A DNA stretch of 64,000 nucleotides from Nageia nagi. Its lineage: Eukaryota; Plantae; Pinophyta. A program made the position numbers and the translations under genes. The stretch's first letter is position 1, and the number at the start of each line of letters is the position of its first letter. The notes under the pieces are model-generated. The model did not search any database. It was not told where the DNA came from and saw only the letters and a program-made list of their open reading frames with translations. The stretch spans positions 115,072,001 through 115,136,000 of the forward strand of contig JBITNC010000001.1 of the NCBI GenBank assembly GCA_050084985.1. The letters run 5' to 3'. Positions 13,900-28,747 of the stretch are shown here, in pieces.

Positions 13900-15130
13900 G
13901 AGTCTAGAAAGAAAGTACCTGTTAGTAAGGATAGTCCATAGATATTCTTACAAAGTATTTCATTCTATTATGCATAAATTTTGAGCTTCCTATGGGATTG
14001 TATGAAAAATTGACCAAATTTATAATAAATTTCTTTGGATTGTAATGGGGAAAAAAATAATGGTATTTGTTAGCTAGAAAAATATTTGCAAGCCAAAGTA
14101 GGATGATGAACCGAGCTTATGAAATATGAAATAATTTAATATTTCTCAAAGAGGAAAATTGGTTTGGATGCTTAGCTGTAATGAAGATAAAATTTGGGTT
14201 AGAATATGTCAAGCAAAATAATTGGAACCTAATACTAATTTCTTAAAAATAGATCAAATCATTAGAGGTTCATCCTTTTGGAAAAGCTTGTTGAAAGTTA
14301 GATCGATGCTTTGGAATAATTCTTCATGGATAGTGGGAGATGAGAAATCGATTCATTTTTCAGATGATGAATGGGTTGGTAATCAACCTCTTTGCAAGGA
14401 AGAGAGAATGAAGGATCTAGCTAGAGAAGGTTTAAATTACATTGCCCTTATCATCCATTGTTATATCCAAGAGATGAATGGGAAAATATCTTGGATAAAG
14501 CTACAACCCTCGAATCATAACATTTCATGAGTAGCATATGTTATAAATGAAAGGATTAAACTTATTGTAATTTGATTGAATGATGGAATAAGAGATTACC
14601 CAATTTGGAAGCTTGGTAAGGATGGGAACTACATAGTCAAATTTGGTTATGAATCTCTTAATGTTCCATATGATGAAACGTTCCCAACAAACTAGAAAAA
14701 TTGGATTAAAGATATAAAACCAAAAATTTTCTACTTTGTATAGTTGGTTTTTAGATGACACTTGATATTTTGATAATGAAAGGTATGGTTTTTCCTAATT
14801 GATGGTGCTTGTACCTAAAGGATGAAGAAACTATGGATCACTTATGTATTCATTGCCCCTATGCCAAGGAAGTACGAAAAGAAATTCTAGGGGGAAAAAT
14901 TCAAGATTTGGGAATCTTGATCTCATAAGCTATTGTCAAGTGGAAACCAACCATGGAAGATAGATCTAAAAAGAAATGGTGATCCCTTGCAGTAACACAT
15001 ATTCTATGGGAAATATGGAAAGAAATAAATCATATAATGTTTTAGGATAAAAGAATGACATTACAAAGATTGGTGAGTAAGATTTTGTAAATGATTGATG
15101 AGAATTGGGGCATTTTTAATAAAAAAAAAT
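13900..15130 (+). mobile_element. 5'-truncated L1-type LINE remnant (ORF2 C-terminus with zf-RVT-like region)
   Basis: GSSFWKSLLKVR...WIVGDEKSIHFSDDEWVG (14222-14530); EETMDHLCIHCPYAKEV (~14824-14875); LWEIWKE (~15004); A-run at 15121. Confidence 0.85.
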
Positions 15131-15429
15131 ACTAATCAAAACCTTAATGGTAGGGAGGGAGGGTTAGCTTTGGTCTCACATAAGTAACACATTGGATTTA
15201 AAATTTGCATAGGGTGGAACATGATGCATAATGATTCACATGGATAACATATGTAACTCATAGATTGATGATATGGGAATCAATGATCATAAGACCAAGT
15301 TGATGAATAAGATTGTAAGTGAAAGGTGGCAAAGGCTAATAATTAAGGTGAAGGTAAATTTCCAAAATCACCTTCTATTTAAAGTTTCACTATGCAAAAT
15401 GATAGGCCATAAGTGGTTAGATCCAAAGA

Positions 15430-15950
15430 AAAGGAATATTTTTAAGGAGGACATGGTTGTTTGGGAAATTCTTTGTAAGGGTGGTATTAGGGGGTTTATG
15501 GAGGTCTTGGATGGTGATAATTAATATTGGCATTCAAAAGTTGTTCAATCATGGGAAGAGGGAAGGGTGGTTGTAAAAGGCACCTAGCTTGTTATTAATA
15601 TTGAACTAATTTAGGCAACTATGAGGATGAGGAACTTTTGGGTGAACCACCATCGAGAGATACAAGCATCTATGAAGGATATGAGAATTTTCTTGGATTC
15701 GAAGAAGAAAATGTTGAGTAGAAAGAAAATTTATTTATCTCATTGAGTTAATTTTTTATCAATGGGATGAATTTGCAAAGATAATAGTCATATTATTCAC
15801 CATGGAAGGATACTATACTAAAACCTACAACTACCACTTAATTTGCCTTAATTTTTATTTTACTCTTCAGATATTTAAATTTAAATAAATAAGGTCAATA
15901 TTCTTATTCACCAGGGCTTGATCAAGATTTTATTCAATTTTATGCATAGA
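15430..15950 (+). pseudogene. Decayed retrotransposon-associated accessory ORF fragment (plant-transposon-protein-like)
   Basis: GGIRGFMEVLDG..SKVVQSWEEGRVVVKGT.LVINIELI, then FTMEGYY..YNYH and HQGLIKIL; similar to the fragment at ~36300 (-). Confidence 0.5.
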
Positions 15951-16445
15951 GGGGCTAGATTTGTAGTCCTTCTAAAATAATTTATCCCTAAATATCCTCT
16001 CTTGGAGAATCATCCATCTTCTCCTATTCAACCTCCACCTCCAACATCACCTTCCCCACCCCTAGCATCCCCTTCTCCCTCAATTACCTCTTCACTTAAT
16101 CTCCACCATAGTCACCCCCTCTTATTATTCTCTTATATTCTTTTATATCCTCCAATCATGGGGGTGGATCAAACTCTCAAAACTCCCTACCCATGGAAGA
16201 GGAGGAGGTGTAATTCAAGGGAAAATGCCATAATAGATGTTGGATTTCTTCTGGTTTGGATGATACTATAAAGATGCAAACTATAGAGAGATTGAAGCTA
16301 GAAGACATCCAAAGTAGGAAGCGACCCTCAAGGAAGAATAATATAGATAGATTATGATTCTTATTCAAAAGGTTGAAGTTTAACAAAATTTGCAAATGGG
16401 AGGAAGTGAAAATTGGAAGAAAATTTACAAGAGCTCACTATGATG

Positions 16446-16973
16446 TGTTAGAACATATAATGTATTATTGTGTAAGATAGTCTTTATATAGTATCTAAGT
16501 ATTAATACTCCTTTTATGTAACTCCTTATTTTATCACTTAATACCTAAAAGAGATTAAATAGTGGAAGAATTTGACTTCACTCAATAATGAAACTTGTCC
16601 ATTCTAACCCACGTAAACCTTGGGTTAAAAGGTGAGTTAACATGAGGTTATCACCTATAAATAGAAGGCTTAGGATTATTGTAAAACACTTGTAGAAAGC
16701 ACTCTCATGCTTGTAGTATGAGGAGAACTTGATCTTGTAGGAAGCTTAAATATGCTTCTAGTTGTAGAGAGAGTTAGAGTTCTTGAGATAATAGAAATTT
16801 AAGATGGTTCAAGTGGATGTACTCCCATAGTTAGAGGAACCACTATCCATATACATCATCTAAACTCTCCCACTTCTTTTTTTTAAGGCTACACAAGTAT
16901 TATACAAAATATGTTCATCCTTAAAAAATATCTATAATTAAGAAAAAATATAGAACTAACCTAAATTTTAACA
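16446..16973 (+). mobile_element. Possible solo LTR (copia-like)
   Basis: TGTTAG...TTAACA ends, CCTATAAATAG at ~16654, GTGGATGTACTCCC...GAACCAC U5-like motif; no matching TSD. Confidence 0.45.
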
Positions 16974-17062
16974 TATATCACCCTCAAAAATATAGATATA
17001 TTCAAATCTGCTCTAGAAGATTCTTCAACTATCCAAATCCTTCAAAACCTGTATGCATATCT

Positions 17063-17064
<2 letters not shown>

Positions 17065-17101
<37 letters not shown>
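17065..17101. repeat. (AT)n microsatellite
   Basis: Direct reading. Confidence 0.95.
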
Positions 17102-17102
<1 letters not shown>

Positions 17103-20100
17103 CCCACATATCTACAAAATCACTCGAATAATATGAGGGAGGACTACCAATGGGTAATCCCCCTCATAGGCATGATTCTACTTACTTTGATACCAGATGA
17201 TGTAACTTAAAAATCCACTCTATTTTTCATTAAGCTTTCAACCTTTAAATAGGCTAAAATACAAGTGATATTACATGGTTTTGAGTTTAACCTTCACTAA
17301 TAATTAACTATCACTTTTACTATTAATAAAAAACCCTTGAATATAGTTAGGATGAGACGTCCATGCTTTATTCACTACATGCAATTATTCTAAAAATAGA
17401 TAATAAACTTAAAAGTAAAATTCGGGTTTTATTACGAATGTTTCAACATTTGAAATTATCTCCCATGGGAGATGTTACAAATTTATAAATTTTTAAATTC
17501 AATGAGATTTGAAAAAAATGACCTCAAAATAATATTCAAATCAAAAGTTACACCCTTTACAAGTTGTAACATTATTCTATTATATAAATAAAGTGTAACT
17601 ATCTATTATAAGTGCATCAATAATTAAAATTAATTTTTAAAAGGGGGGTCATCCCCATATCCCTAGCCCCCTTGCAATGGAAACTGCCCCACCTCTCCTC
17701 CCACAATGCCCATCACACCAACCCTCCTCCCCCTATTCCCCTGACCAACCTCCCATGGTAGATTTGTAACCTACTCTCATCCTCATAGCTTACCCACCCT
17801 CCTTGCACCATGATAACCCCATGGCTTGCAACACCTCATTTGACCCCACCCTACAATTAGTGGGCCCATCCACCTATTACCAATCTATAGCGTACCCACC
17901 CCCAACAAACCTACATCCAACCCCACCCCATCATGAGTGGACCCCCACCTCTACCTACTACTTATATAAGCTCACTTACTGGTCACACCTCCCTTAATTA
18001 ATGACCTACCCACCCCCTTCTCTCCTACACCACCCTTGTAATGCCTATCCACTCTCGCTTATGACCTAGCTTGAGCATCCCTGCATAAGTTTCCCCTAAT
18101 GAACTCAAATTTTAGAGTTTTTTTATGATTTTTTTAGCCTTTTTGCTCACCTCCTTAGTGTATGCTTTGATGAACCAAAAACTTTAAAGTGTATATGGTC
18201 CACTTTATGGCTAAAAAGTGGATGCTTTTTCTTTGATTTTCAATTTGATCATAATTGATCTGAAAAGTTGAAGCATGTAGAAATGAAATCTTGAAAAGGT
18301 CTCTTCAGAAAAAATGTAGTGCTTGAAGTCTAATTTTTAAATATGTAATTTATTCCACTACCCATATGATAGAAATTAAATATTGATAAGCATATATAAA
18401 AACCACTTTTTAAAATTTATTATTTTAGGATCATACCTTTAATTATTGGGCCAACAAATCATTTTAGGAAAAGATAATTAAGACATTGGAGAATGTTGAG
18501 AATATTTTTTCATAATGTTTTGATGATTTTTTTTATTAATTTTTTATTAACCCAAATTATATTTTTTAAAAGTACTTTTGTTGGACCAACATAACTTGAC
18601 CTAAACTTATTCATTTTTGGATTTTTTTATTTAGTAGAGAATTATGTGCAGAATGTTGACACATAATTGTTTTTATAATTCTAAAAAAATAAAAAGTTAT
18701 TAAACAAACAAGATAACCTAATTTTTCAAGTTTATGGATAAGTTTGATTGATAATTAATTAAAAAGTAGAAAATATAATTCAATTGTAAAAAAACTTACA
18801 AATTTGAAATCTACTCTCACTCATCTATAATGGGTTTTAATTTTGTAAAAAAAATTATATTATTTTTTATCAAATACATGTTGCAACTCAAGTGTTTCCG
18901 TTATCAAATGATAAGAACTTGTATGTGCATGTACAAGGCTAAGAATTGCCTTACCATACCTCACCTAAGCCAAAAACTAAGGCAAAATCAAAGGGAAGCA
19001 AATTTGAAATTTAAAATGGGATCTCATTTTGTTTATTATCGAGATTCCATTCTAAAATGGGATCTTGTTATTTCCCAATGTTCACAACACCCTACCATTT
19101 AACTTAGAATGCATCTTTTGAATTCTACTTGAAGGAGGTATGGTACCAAAGCATCGAGGATGAGAGAATAGGTGGCTCTCTTTGTCATCTTGATCTCTTG
19201 ACTGATATTAGTGTCATTCCCCAAGCATAGGGAGTATGTTCTATGATAGTGTTAGGATAATTGTATAATATTATTATGTCAATTTAAGCTTTGGATATTC
19301 TAATTTTGAATACATAATTTGTTTTATCTTCAATTCAAAATGATAAGTATCATTGAGCTTAAGTTGATTATTAATAACAAAATGCTTGCAACCATTCAAA
19401 AGTTTAGGTGTAACATGGGTTAGTCCAATTCTTGCTATGAAGTCCACATACCATTTTCTCCTCAGATACACTAAAAACACTTTTTCTCTTTTATAAGGAA
19501 ATCATCTCTAAATAAAGGAATTGGGAATGTACAACAATCTAATCCAAATAAATAGAGAGAATATAAAGAAGAAAAATCTCAAATACATTTTTCTAAGAAG
19601 TTGATTGTGAGATGAAGTAAGGAAGAGCTATCTTATAAGTTGAGCTGAGCGACCAAATGAAGACTTCCCTATCTTACATGAGAAATAGAGTTCATCTTTC
19701 TCAAATGGCATGGGACCTTTAAAATCATCTATAAACATGCAAACCCATAAAAATTAAATAATGCCCTCTTTAATTTGGCAATCCCAAAGTTAGGAAGTTT
19801 CTTAGAATCAAAACCATTCTCAACCATAAAAAGCTTCATTTCTAATTTAAACATTGTGAGCATTTTTGCTATAGGAGTGAATGGACAAGCTATATCTTAT
19901 TGTTTTTCTTTTACACTACTTTTGAAGATTTGAACAAGAAAATGAATATCTAGAATATGTCTGAAGATACAAATATCTTGAACTTGTATTTAATGATGGG
20001 ATACAAAGTCTTCTCAACCATCTTTTAAATATACAAAATTACTAGAACAACACAACATAACATCCCATAAAACACCACTTGGACTCTCAAGAACTATGTG

Positions 20101-21037
20101 CCTATAGCCCCCTAATGATCTAATCTTCTTTATAGAGTATGAAGAAATCTCCTACAAACTAAAATTGTTAAACCTCACTTTTAACATAAAAAAAGGTTAA
20201 ACTTATGGATTTACTCATCAAAGATATGAAGTTGTTGGACATGAATTTGAAAAATTACACATCTACTAATATTGAATATTTGAGTCATAAAACATTTTCT
20301 CTTAAAGACTTTGCATGCCCTCTCATTACAATCTCTATAGTATGAATGCTTTTCAACTATAATTGTATCAATTACCATGAATGCTCTATGATATTTTAAG
20401 TGATGTGCTGTGAAGTTTAATCCTATAAAAAAATTAAGCCATATAATTTTATTTATGATTTTATCCATTTTCATCAGCATGTAATGGTGTTTGGTGTTAT
20501 TCGTGTCGGTAATGAAAAAGTAGCATTTTGTATGTAATCATAGATAATTATTTCTTAATCTTCTTCTTTAATGACTGGCTTATTTATGGAACCATGTGCT
20601 TGAGGATAACTAGTGCACAAAATAACTTTTAAACCATGACATAAGGGTGACTTTTCTTTTACAATACACACTTCTAAGAATTTTTCATTTACACTTAGTA
20701 CATATATTTAACATTATAACATCTCCAAGTTAAATGAATTGCTTATGTATGAAGTTCTCCTAACCATATGTGAAGTATGCAAATCCATTGAAGTAGTATA
20801 ACATGGCATACCATAGGAACCCACAAGTAGTTTTCTAGAACAACATATCTAGTACCATTCCATTGAATTTTTTTAGCACAATGTTTAAGGATTATTTGCA
20901 TAAAGTAAAAGTAATGTTTGAAATGATAAACAAAGTTTGTACCATTATCATCCAATTTTTATTGCAATCATCCCCCATGAAACCCTTGCTATAACAATTG
21001 CATGACTGTACATTTTGTACTATTTTTTATTGAATGA

Positions 21038-21539
21038 TGAGAGAATTGAACTATAACATGAACAACTCTAAACTTTCAAGATCACATGAAAGCTCACAAT
21101 ACACATCTAACAAACTCACAAAGCAATCTCACAAAGATAACACAAGATGTAAGTGGTTTCTCCAACTAAGAGCACATCCACTAACTAGATCTTTACTTCA
21201 ATCACAAATACAACTCTCTTATAATCCTCTTAATCTCAACTCCTAAACACTATCCTCTAGCACAACTTTACTCCACAAATTGGTGTGTACTCACAAAGAG
21301 GGAGCATTCTATTTATATGCCAAAATTCCTCTTTGGATCACCCTTTTATCCAATGTACAAAAGCATGACATGCACATCCTTTTACCCAAGGGGCATGCTC
21401 ATGACATGGAGTGTAGAAAAAGTGACATTATTAGATTAATTTAAATATTTAAGGTATCAAATGATACCCTTAAGTATTAGTGAACTTACATAGAATATTA
21501 TTACAAAACCTTTACAATAATGCATTATACATTCCAACG
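21038..21539 (-). repeat. Copia 3' LTR
   Basis: About 92% identical to 29106-29607 (about 39 mismatches counted by eye); adjacent PPT. Confidence 0.95.
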
Positions 21540-22249
21540 CTCCCCCTTAATGCAATATTGGGATAGAGTGAATAAGATAGAAGAAGAAGAGAAAGTAAAA
21601 GAGTTCTCCTCCAAATAAATACAATAAATATGAGAACTTTTACATATTTATGAAGTAAGAAAGATCTAATTTAAGACTCACTACTTTGCCAAATATAATC
21701 ATTAACCATAATCAGTTTCAATGTACATGAAGTAGTTAGCCAATTGGAAGTCATGAAGAGTCTCCAAGAGCCTGCATACCTAAGGTAAGTAACCTGCAAT
21801 CTCAAAGGAACATGCAAGTCATAAGTAGCTCAAATAACAAGATCAGTTAGATGCAACATATTCATCTCAACAAGGATAGATGAATCACACAAATACCATC
21901 ATGAACTAATTAATGGTGCACTATAAGTCATCACAAAGATGCCATACCAAAAAACTCATAGTCACCTATTGTATATAAAACATGTGTTGATTATCATTAC
22001 AAAATAGAGCATGCACATATGAATTCCTCACATATGGATAACTGAACAGTGCTAAAAGACACATAAGAGTTCCTCACACATGGATAATTGAATAGTGCTA
22101 GATTGGCCAATCTTTTGGTTTAAAAATTTGTACAAGTTCCTCACATATAGTGAGCTTACCATGAAAGTGTATGATAAAATCAACACTATACAATACAAAA
22201 TCCTCCTAGGGGTGAAGTTGTCATCATAAACATGAATTCAACACAAGAA

Positions 22250-25200
22250 TTCAAACTTCACTCCCCCTTAAGGGCAACTTCACCAACCCGATAGCATCCC
22301 TAAGCTTACAGAACTAAAATTTTGGGAGGGGCTTGGTGAATAAATCAATAGAGTTCAAGGTGGATGGAAAATACTCTAGTTGTTCTTTGATGGAACATAA
22401 GATTCTTAGCCAAAGAAATAACTGAATGATTGTCTAAAGAAATCAAATATGAGCCACCTTTTTCATACCTAATTTCTTACAGAAGATGCCTTAGCCAAAT
22501 GGCTTCCTGGGTTGCAATAGACATGGCATGGTATTTAGTTTCTATGGTGGAATGATAAATAGTAGGTTACTTCTTAAAAGTCTAAGAGATAACAACTGAA
22601 AAAATGCTAAACACATATGCAGAGGTTGATTTCCTATCATCTCTATCTCCTGCAAAGTCAAAATATGAGAATCCAAAGAGAACAAATGAGGGTAACATAG
22701 AATACTTGAGAGCAAGATCTTTAGTCCCTACAACATACCTCAAGATTTGCTTAATAGTATTGAGGTGCTTAACATATGGTTTATGTATGAATCATGCCAT
22801 CAGATTCACTTCAAAGGTAATATCTAGCCTAGATATAGTCAAATACAAAAGACTACCAATTAATTATCTATAAGTTGTAGCATTAGCTAATTGAGAGTTG
22901 GAGCTATGAGAAATAGTGATTCCAAGAGAGACTCGGATCATAGAATATCTACACTCCCCCATTCCTAACTTACATAAGATGTCTAATATATACTTAGATT
23001 ACTTAACGTAAGTACAATCCTTGTATTGATACACTTACATTCCAAGATAGTAGTGCAAGAGATCAAAATCAGTCATTTCAAATGTTACCTTACATTTGGA
23101 TATGCACTCTTGAATGATTTCATTATTGTTCTTAGTAATCAAAAGATCATCCATATAAATGAGAATCAAAACCATATCTTTTCCTTGATTGGACACATAT
23201 AGATCGGAGTTAAAAAAATACTTGAAGAAATCAATGTCTACAAAGTATGTTGAAATCTTCATGTACCAAGCTTTAGGTGCTTGCTTAAGTTCGTATAATG
23301 ACTTCTTTAGTTTACACATAAAGGACTCTTGGCCTTACCTTCTAGTTGATTCATAAATATTTCCACATATAAGTCACCATTAAGAAATGCACTCTTAACA
23401 TCAAGTTGAAACACTTTCCATCCTTGAGCTGCAGAAAGAGCAAGGATAATTCTCATAGTAGACATCTTTGCCATGGGAGCAAAGGTTTACTCATAATCTA
23501 CATTGTATTTTTGAGCAAAACATTTGGCTACTAACCTTGCCTTGTATTTCTCAATATCTCTAATTGAATTGAACTTGACCTTGTAGATCCACTTATTACC
23601 AATTGCATTCTTCTCATTATGATAAGGAACCAAGCCCCAAGTTTTATTTTTCATAATCACCTCATACTCCACTTTCATAGCTTCCATCTAGTACCCATGC
23701 TTAGAAGCTTCTTTAAGGATTGAGGGCTCATGCTTGTTGTCAATCTTGAAAAATAAGGATTTGTTCAAGGTCATGATCCTTGTTACCTTTTGAGTTGGAG
23801 AGTTTTGTTCTTGAGGTGACTTGTCTACATCAATATCTAACTAGCTAGGTGCAACTAAAGAGTCATTTAGATCATCAACATCCTCATTAGAAGCAAATTC
23901 ATCAAAAAGTTCATTGAACTTTACATCTCTTGAAATGAACACTACTTTATAGGATGGAGAGTAGAGCTTGTGGCCTCTATGCTGACTATCATAACCTACA
24001 AAGATGCATTTTTTAGCTCTTTTGTTCTTCTTTATTTTCTTAGAAATAATGTAGGAGAATTCTTCACAACCAAACACCCTAAGGTGAGAAATCTTAGGTT
24101 CTCTTCCTGACCATGTCTCAAAAGGAGTTTTACTAAGAATAGCTTTTGTGGGACACCTATTGAAGTTGTAAATAGCAGTGATCATATCTTCACCCCATAA
24201 TAAATTAAGAAGATTACCCAACATGCATCTAACCATCTCTATAATTATTCTATTTTTCTTTTCAACAACACCATTCTACTAAGGAGTGTAAGAAATGGTA
24301 TACTACCTCTTGATTCCATACTTAGCACAATAGTCATTGAACTCATTGCTGTTATATTCTTCCCCATTATCTGATCTCAACATCTTGATTTTAAGGTTAG
24401 TTTGATTCTCAATAAAGGCCTTAAAAAATTTAAAACTCTCAAAGGTTTGATCCTTATGCTCAAGTAGATATCCAAAGGTCATCCTACTAAAGTCATCAAT
24501 GAAGGTCAAGATATAAGATGCTCCTCCAAATGACTTAGTCTGAAATGAACCCATCAAATCTGAATGCACAGGTTGAAGAGGTTGAGATACTCTTGTTGCC
24601 TTATCTTTTTCAAACTTTTATCTATGCATCTTGCCAGGAATGCACTTCTCGCATAGACCAATTGAAGAAGAAATTGAAAGCAAACCTTCCATAAGTTCTT
24701 GGTCTTTCATGATTTGAATACTCTTATGGTTAAGGTGCCCTAAATGATGGTGCTAAAGATTACCTTTAGAACACACACTAGAAGCAAGATACGTCTTTGA
24801 TAGAACTTGATCCATGATGTAGAGGTTATCTTTCATAGATCCTTTAACCAAAGTGGCAAGTCCTTTCTTAATGCATCAAGATTGAGAGTCAAACTCAAAA
24901 TAGTACCCTTTTCTAATAACTTGGATCATGGAGAGGAGGTTCATCCTTAACTTAAGAACATAGAAAATATTTTCAAGAATCTTTTTCTGAATAAGCACAC
25001 TCCCAATTCCTTGGACTTCAAAGGTAAAGTTATCAACTATCACAACCGCATCTTTTCTATACTTATGAAAGTTTTCAAGCTTTTCCTTTTCAAAGCATAG
25101 GTGATTAGTGCAACCAAAATTAATAATCCAATTAGATGAAAAAGAGCAAGACATGGAGTAGAGCATCGTAGTAAAACTAGCATGAATATTCTTCTTTCAT

Positions 25201-26145
25201 TTGAAGTTCTTTACATTTCTATTGCTTTTGTTCTTTTTCTCTCTTTTCTTTTTGTAGCAATCAACTTCTTTGTGACCTTGGATGCCATAATAGTTACAAT
25301 AACCATCAAACCTTTCCTTAGGATATGGATTATTTGCTTTGCCTTTTCCATCTCTTTTCTTGAAGTAGTTATTGTTGCCATTGTTCCTAATGCTAGGATT
25401 ATTATTTCTATTATTCTTGTTGGTATTGTAGTCATTGCCTCTTTTCTCAAATCTTTTAGAAGAAAAAGATAAGATTTCTTTTTATGGTTGAACTTCTTCT
25501 TGAAAGAAGTTTTGGTTGCTCCAAGAGCAATGTTATTATCTTTAAGAGAAGAAATCAACACCTTATTGTTAAGAGTTTTCTCATGCTTCAATAGGTGCCT
25601 AGAAAGGTTCTTAAGGGAGAAGACTTCTTCATCATCATCAAGCCTTATTTCCATAACTATTGCAAAGTTTTCAAACTTTGAAGAAAGGCTTTAAAGAATG
25701 ATAAATACCATGAACTCATCATTGATCCAATTGCACTCACAAGCAACAAGTTAGGTCCTTAGGTCAATGATTTTGTTCAAGTAGATAGCCACATTTTTAT
25801 CTTCCCTTTAATGAGATTGAAACAACTTTTGAGGATTGGTAAACCTTCTTGAAAAATTTGAACCAAGGTAGATTTTCTTAAGCTTATCCTGAGCTTCCTT
25901 TGTTGAGGTTGAAAAGGAAATCATCAAGAGCACATCATCTGAAATTGCACGGTAAATCATGGAGGTTGCCAACTCATTCTTTGTGTTGTAAGCCTCTAGT
26001 GCATTCTTATTTTTAAGAGGTACAAGGTTCTCATTCACTATTTCCCAAAGCTTCCTTACCTATAATTTAGCTCTCATTCATGGTTCTCAAATCTCAAAGT
26101 TGGAACCATCAAGAATGTGTTTGGGTAAAAAGGAGTCTCTCATTT
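22250..26145 (-). pseudogene. Copia gag-pol pseudogene
   Basis: gag LDGSNF..LWEIV; protease WIINFGCTNH; integrase HSDLMG..YILTFIDDFSR..LRSDNGEEY; RT KYKARLVAK, LKKSLYELKQAPKAWY, LIYMDDLLI; RNase H end FTKPLP. Confidence 0.95.
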
Positions 26146-27019
26146 GCTACACAAGAATGTGAAATAATAAGCATGTGGTTAACAACATTATATGTTAAGT
26201 TTTTACCAAGTAAAAAAAATATGTTAATTTTAACACAAAAGATATGCATGATTTGATTCACAAGCACAAATATTTTAAAAATCAAATAATCCATGTACCC
26301 AAATACATTTCTCATCTCAAGAATCATAGATGTAAAGTGATATTATTGAGGCTTGTTTTCTTATCTAAAATTAGGCCTTCACCTAGATGCCCACACAAGA
26401 GGAGCCCAAGTACTACCAATCCTTAACTAATTCACCTTGGTTAGTTTTATACTCTCACAAGGAGAAGTACCTACTATTTTCTAAGGTTATGATTTTTATT
26501 GTATCGACCAAACTATTAATCTTGATTAGGTTTCAAGTTGTCCTCCTAGGTTATTAGGATTATCCCTGAATGGACGTGCAGACATGTGGTATCACTACAC
26601 ACATGCCTATCCACCTATTGGAGTCATGACTAGACCAATAGAGGACTTAGGGGCAATTGAGAAGTATGGACTTTTCACCACTTGGATCGTCAAACTTAAA
26701 GGCTCCAATTTGCCTGTCCTCACCTCATGGCTCCCTAAACAAGTCATGTTGTAGAATGTATGTGCGGATGTGTTCATTTTAGGGGGTTGCTCATTTCAAT
26801 ATTTGCATTTTTATTTGCGTAAGCAAATAAAGCAAAAGTGTGAAACATATAGTAAAGTGCATAAATAAAACATCATCCATTTGCAATTTGAAACCTAAGA
26901 GTCCAATGGGTTTTATTTACTAACCTCTAAAGGACATTTTTACATAGGTCCATAATTCAACCTTGTAAAATGCATTAATTCTAAAATTTGCATAAGTTAA
27001 CTTTGCACAAGGCATAAAT

Positions 27020-27380
27020 ACTCAACATGCATCTTTTTAAATTAAGGAAATAAGTCCTAAGCATGCAACATTAACTTAAAAAAATTAAGTACTAAGCATG
27101 CATTTATTAACTTTAACAAATAAGTATTAAGCATGCATCATTGACTTAAAAAATTAAGTACTAAGCATAAGCATGCATCTTTTTAACTTAAAGTAAAAAA
27201 AAAAAATTAGTACTAAGCATAAGCATACATCTTTTTAACTTAAAGTAAAAAATTTTGTACTAAGCATAAGCATGCATCTTAAAGTAAAAAATTTAGTACT
27301 AACCATAAGCATGCATCTTAAAGTAAAAAATTTAGTACTAAGCATAATCATGCATCTTAAAGTAAACAATTTAGCATGCA
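27020..27380. repeat. ~39-bp tandem repeat in the copia 5' leader
   Basis: Repeated AGTACTAAGCATAAGCATGCATCTTAAAGTAAAAAATTT. Confidence 0.85.
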
Positions 27381-28507
27381 AACTAGATAAAAATTTAAGT
27401 AGGAAATTTATACAAATTCCCCCCTCCCTTTTTTTTACTTAAAGGTTTATCCCTAAAGGTAGCATACTAAATAATTTATTCTTAAAAGTATTTTGAATAA
27501 GTGCATTTAATAGTAATGATGAATGTTGGACCAAGTCAAAAGTAATGTAAGTATACTCACCATGAAAATACTTTAAGTGATTTATAGGCATCTAAATGCA
27601 TTTAATGATTTGTAAGTTGGAGTATAATTACTTATAAGTCATTTAGGTGCATTTAATATTGCATATAAAGTCCACACTCCTCCTAAGTGCATTTAATTTT
27701 GTCATCAAATTTAGTGATTCTTTAGCATGAAACTCCATGCATAGTGTCATGATGATAAAAAAAGGTTGCTTATAAAAGGAAAAAAATTAAATGCCCCTCA
27801 AGGAAGCCACAAAGAGACATGCAAGAGGGAGATGGCTACAATAAGGAGGCAAGCATGAGCTAGCAAGGGGGGTTGGTCAAATGAAAAAAATACCTTGGTT
27901 GAGCAGAGTAAATTGGCCATAGAGAAACTGTGATGGAGAGTGGCCAAGCAGAGAGAGGATCAGTTGTGCGAAGGAGCAATGCCAGATGGTAAAAGGGGTC
28001 ATGGGCAATGAGCCTTTGGTTGGGGAAGGGGGCTATGAGTTTAATCAGAGGGGTCATGGAGATGCAATCAGAGGGGTCATTGAGACAGTTAAAGGGGCCA
28101 TGCAAGGAGGAGGACTTTGATCCATGTGAGGAAAAAATTTTGGAAGACATGCATCCACACTCACCACACCATAGACACACAATGAGGAGAGGGTAAGAAA
28201 AAAGAAGCAAGTACTAACCAAGAGGATGGTCAAGAGATGGAGTCTACAGTGAAGCTAAGAGAAGATGGAGCACACAAAATAAAGACAAGAGAAGGAGTCC
28301 AACCGGATCATCTCTCCCTAGTATGGGAGGAGATTTGTATGAATTTTTCATTTTACAAATTTTTGTATATATAAAAAAAAACTTTCTTATATATATCTAA
28401 TTTGTAATAAAAAAAATACAACTCCTCTTTTTGTTTGAAAAAAAATTTATATAGCAAAGATCCTCTAATGTTTTGTATTAACATTTTTGTTAAAAGGTGT
28501 AAAATTT

Positions 28508-28524
28508 TATATTATATATATATA

Positions 28525-28564
<40 letters not shown>

Positions 28565-28654
28565 TTTTTTAAATATTCTTCTTCACAAAGATAGTGAAGA
28601 GATAAAAAAAATACAATATTTTTCCTAAGATATTATTTCTTAAAAAATGTATCT

Positions 28655-28746
<92 letters not shown>
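28508..28746. repeat. Two interrupted (AT)n microsatellites
   Basis: Runs at ~28510-28559 and ~28655-28746. Confidence 0.9.

Positions 28747-28747
<1 letters not shown>

Noticed and set aside
17640-18070. C-rich, proline-rich ORF region
   Set aside because: Low-complexity sequence with no convincing gene structure or element boundaries.
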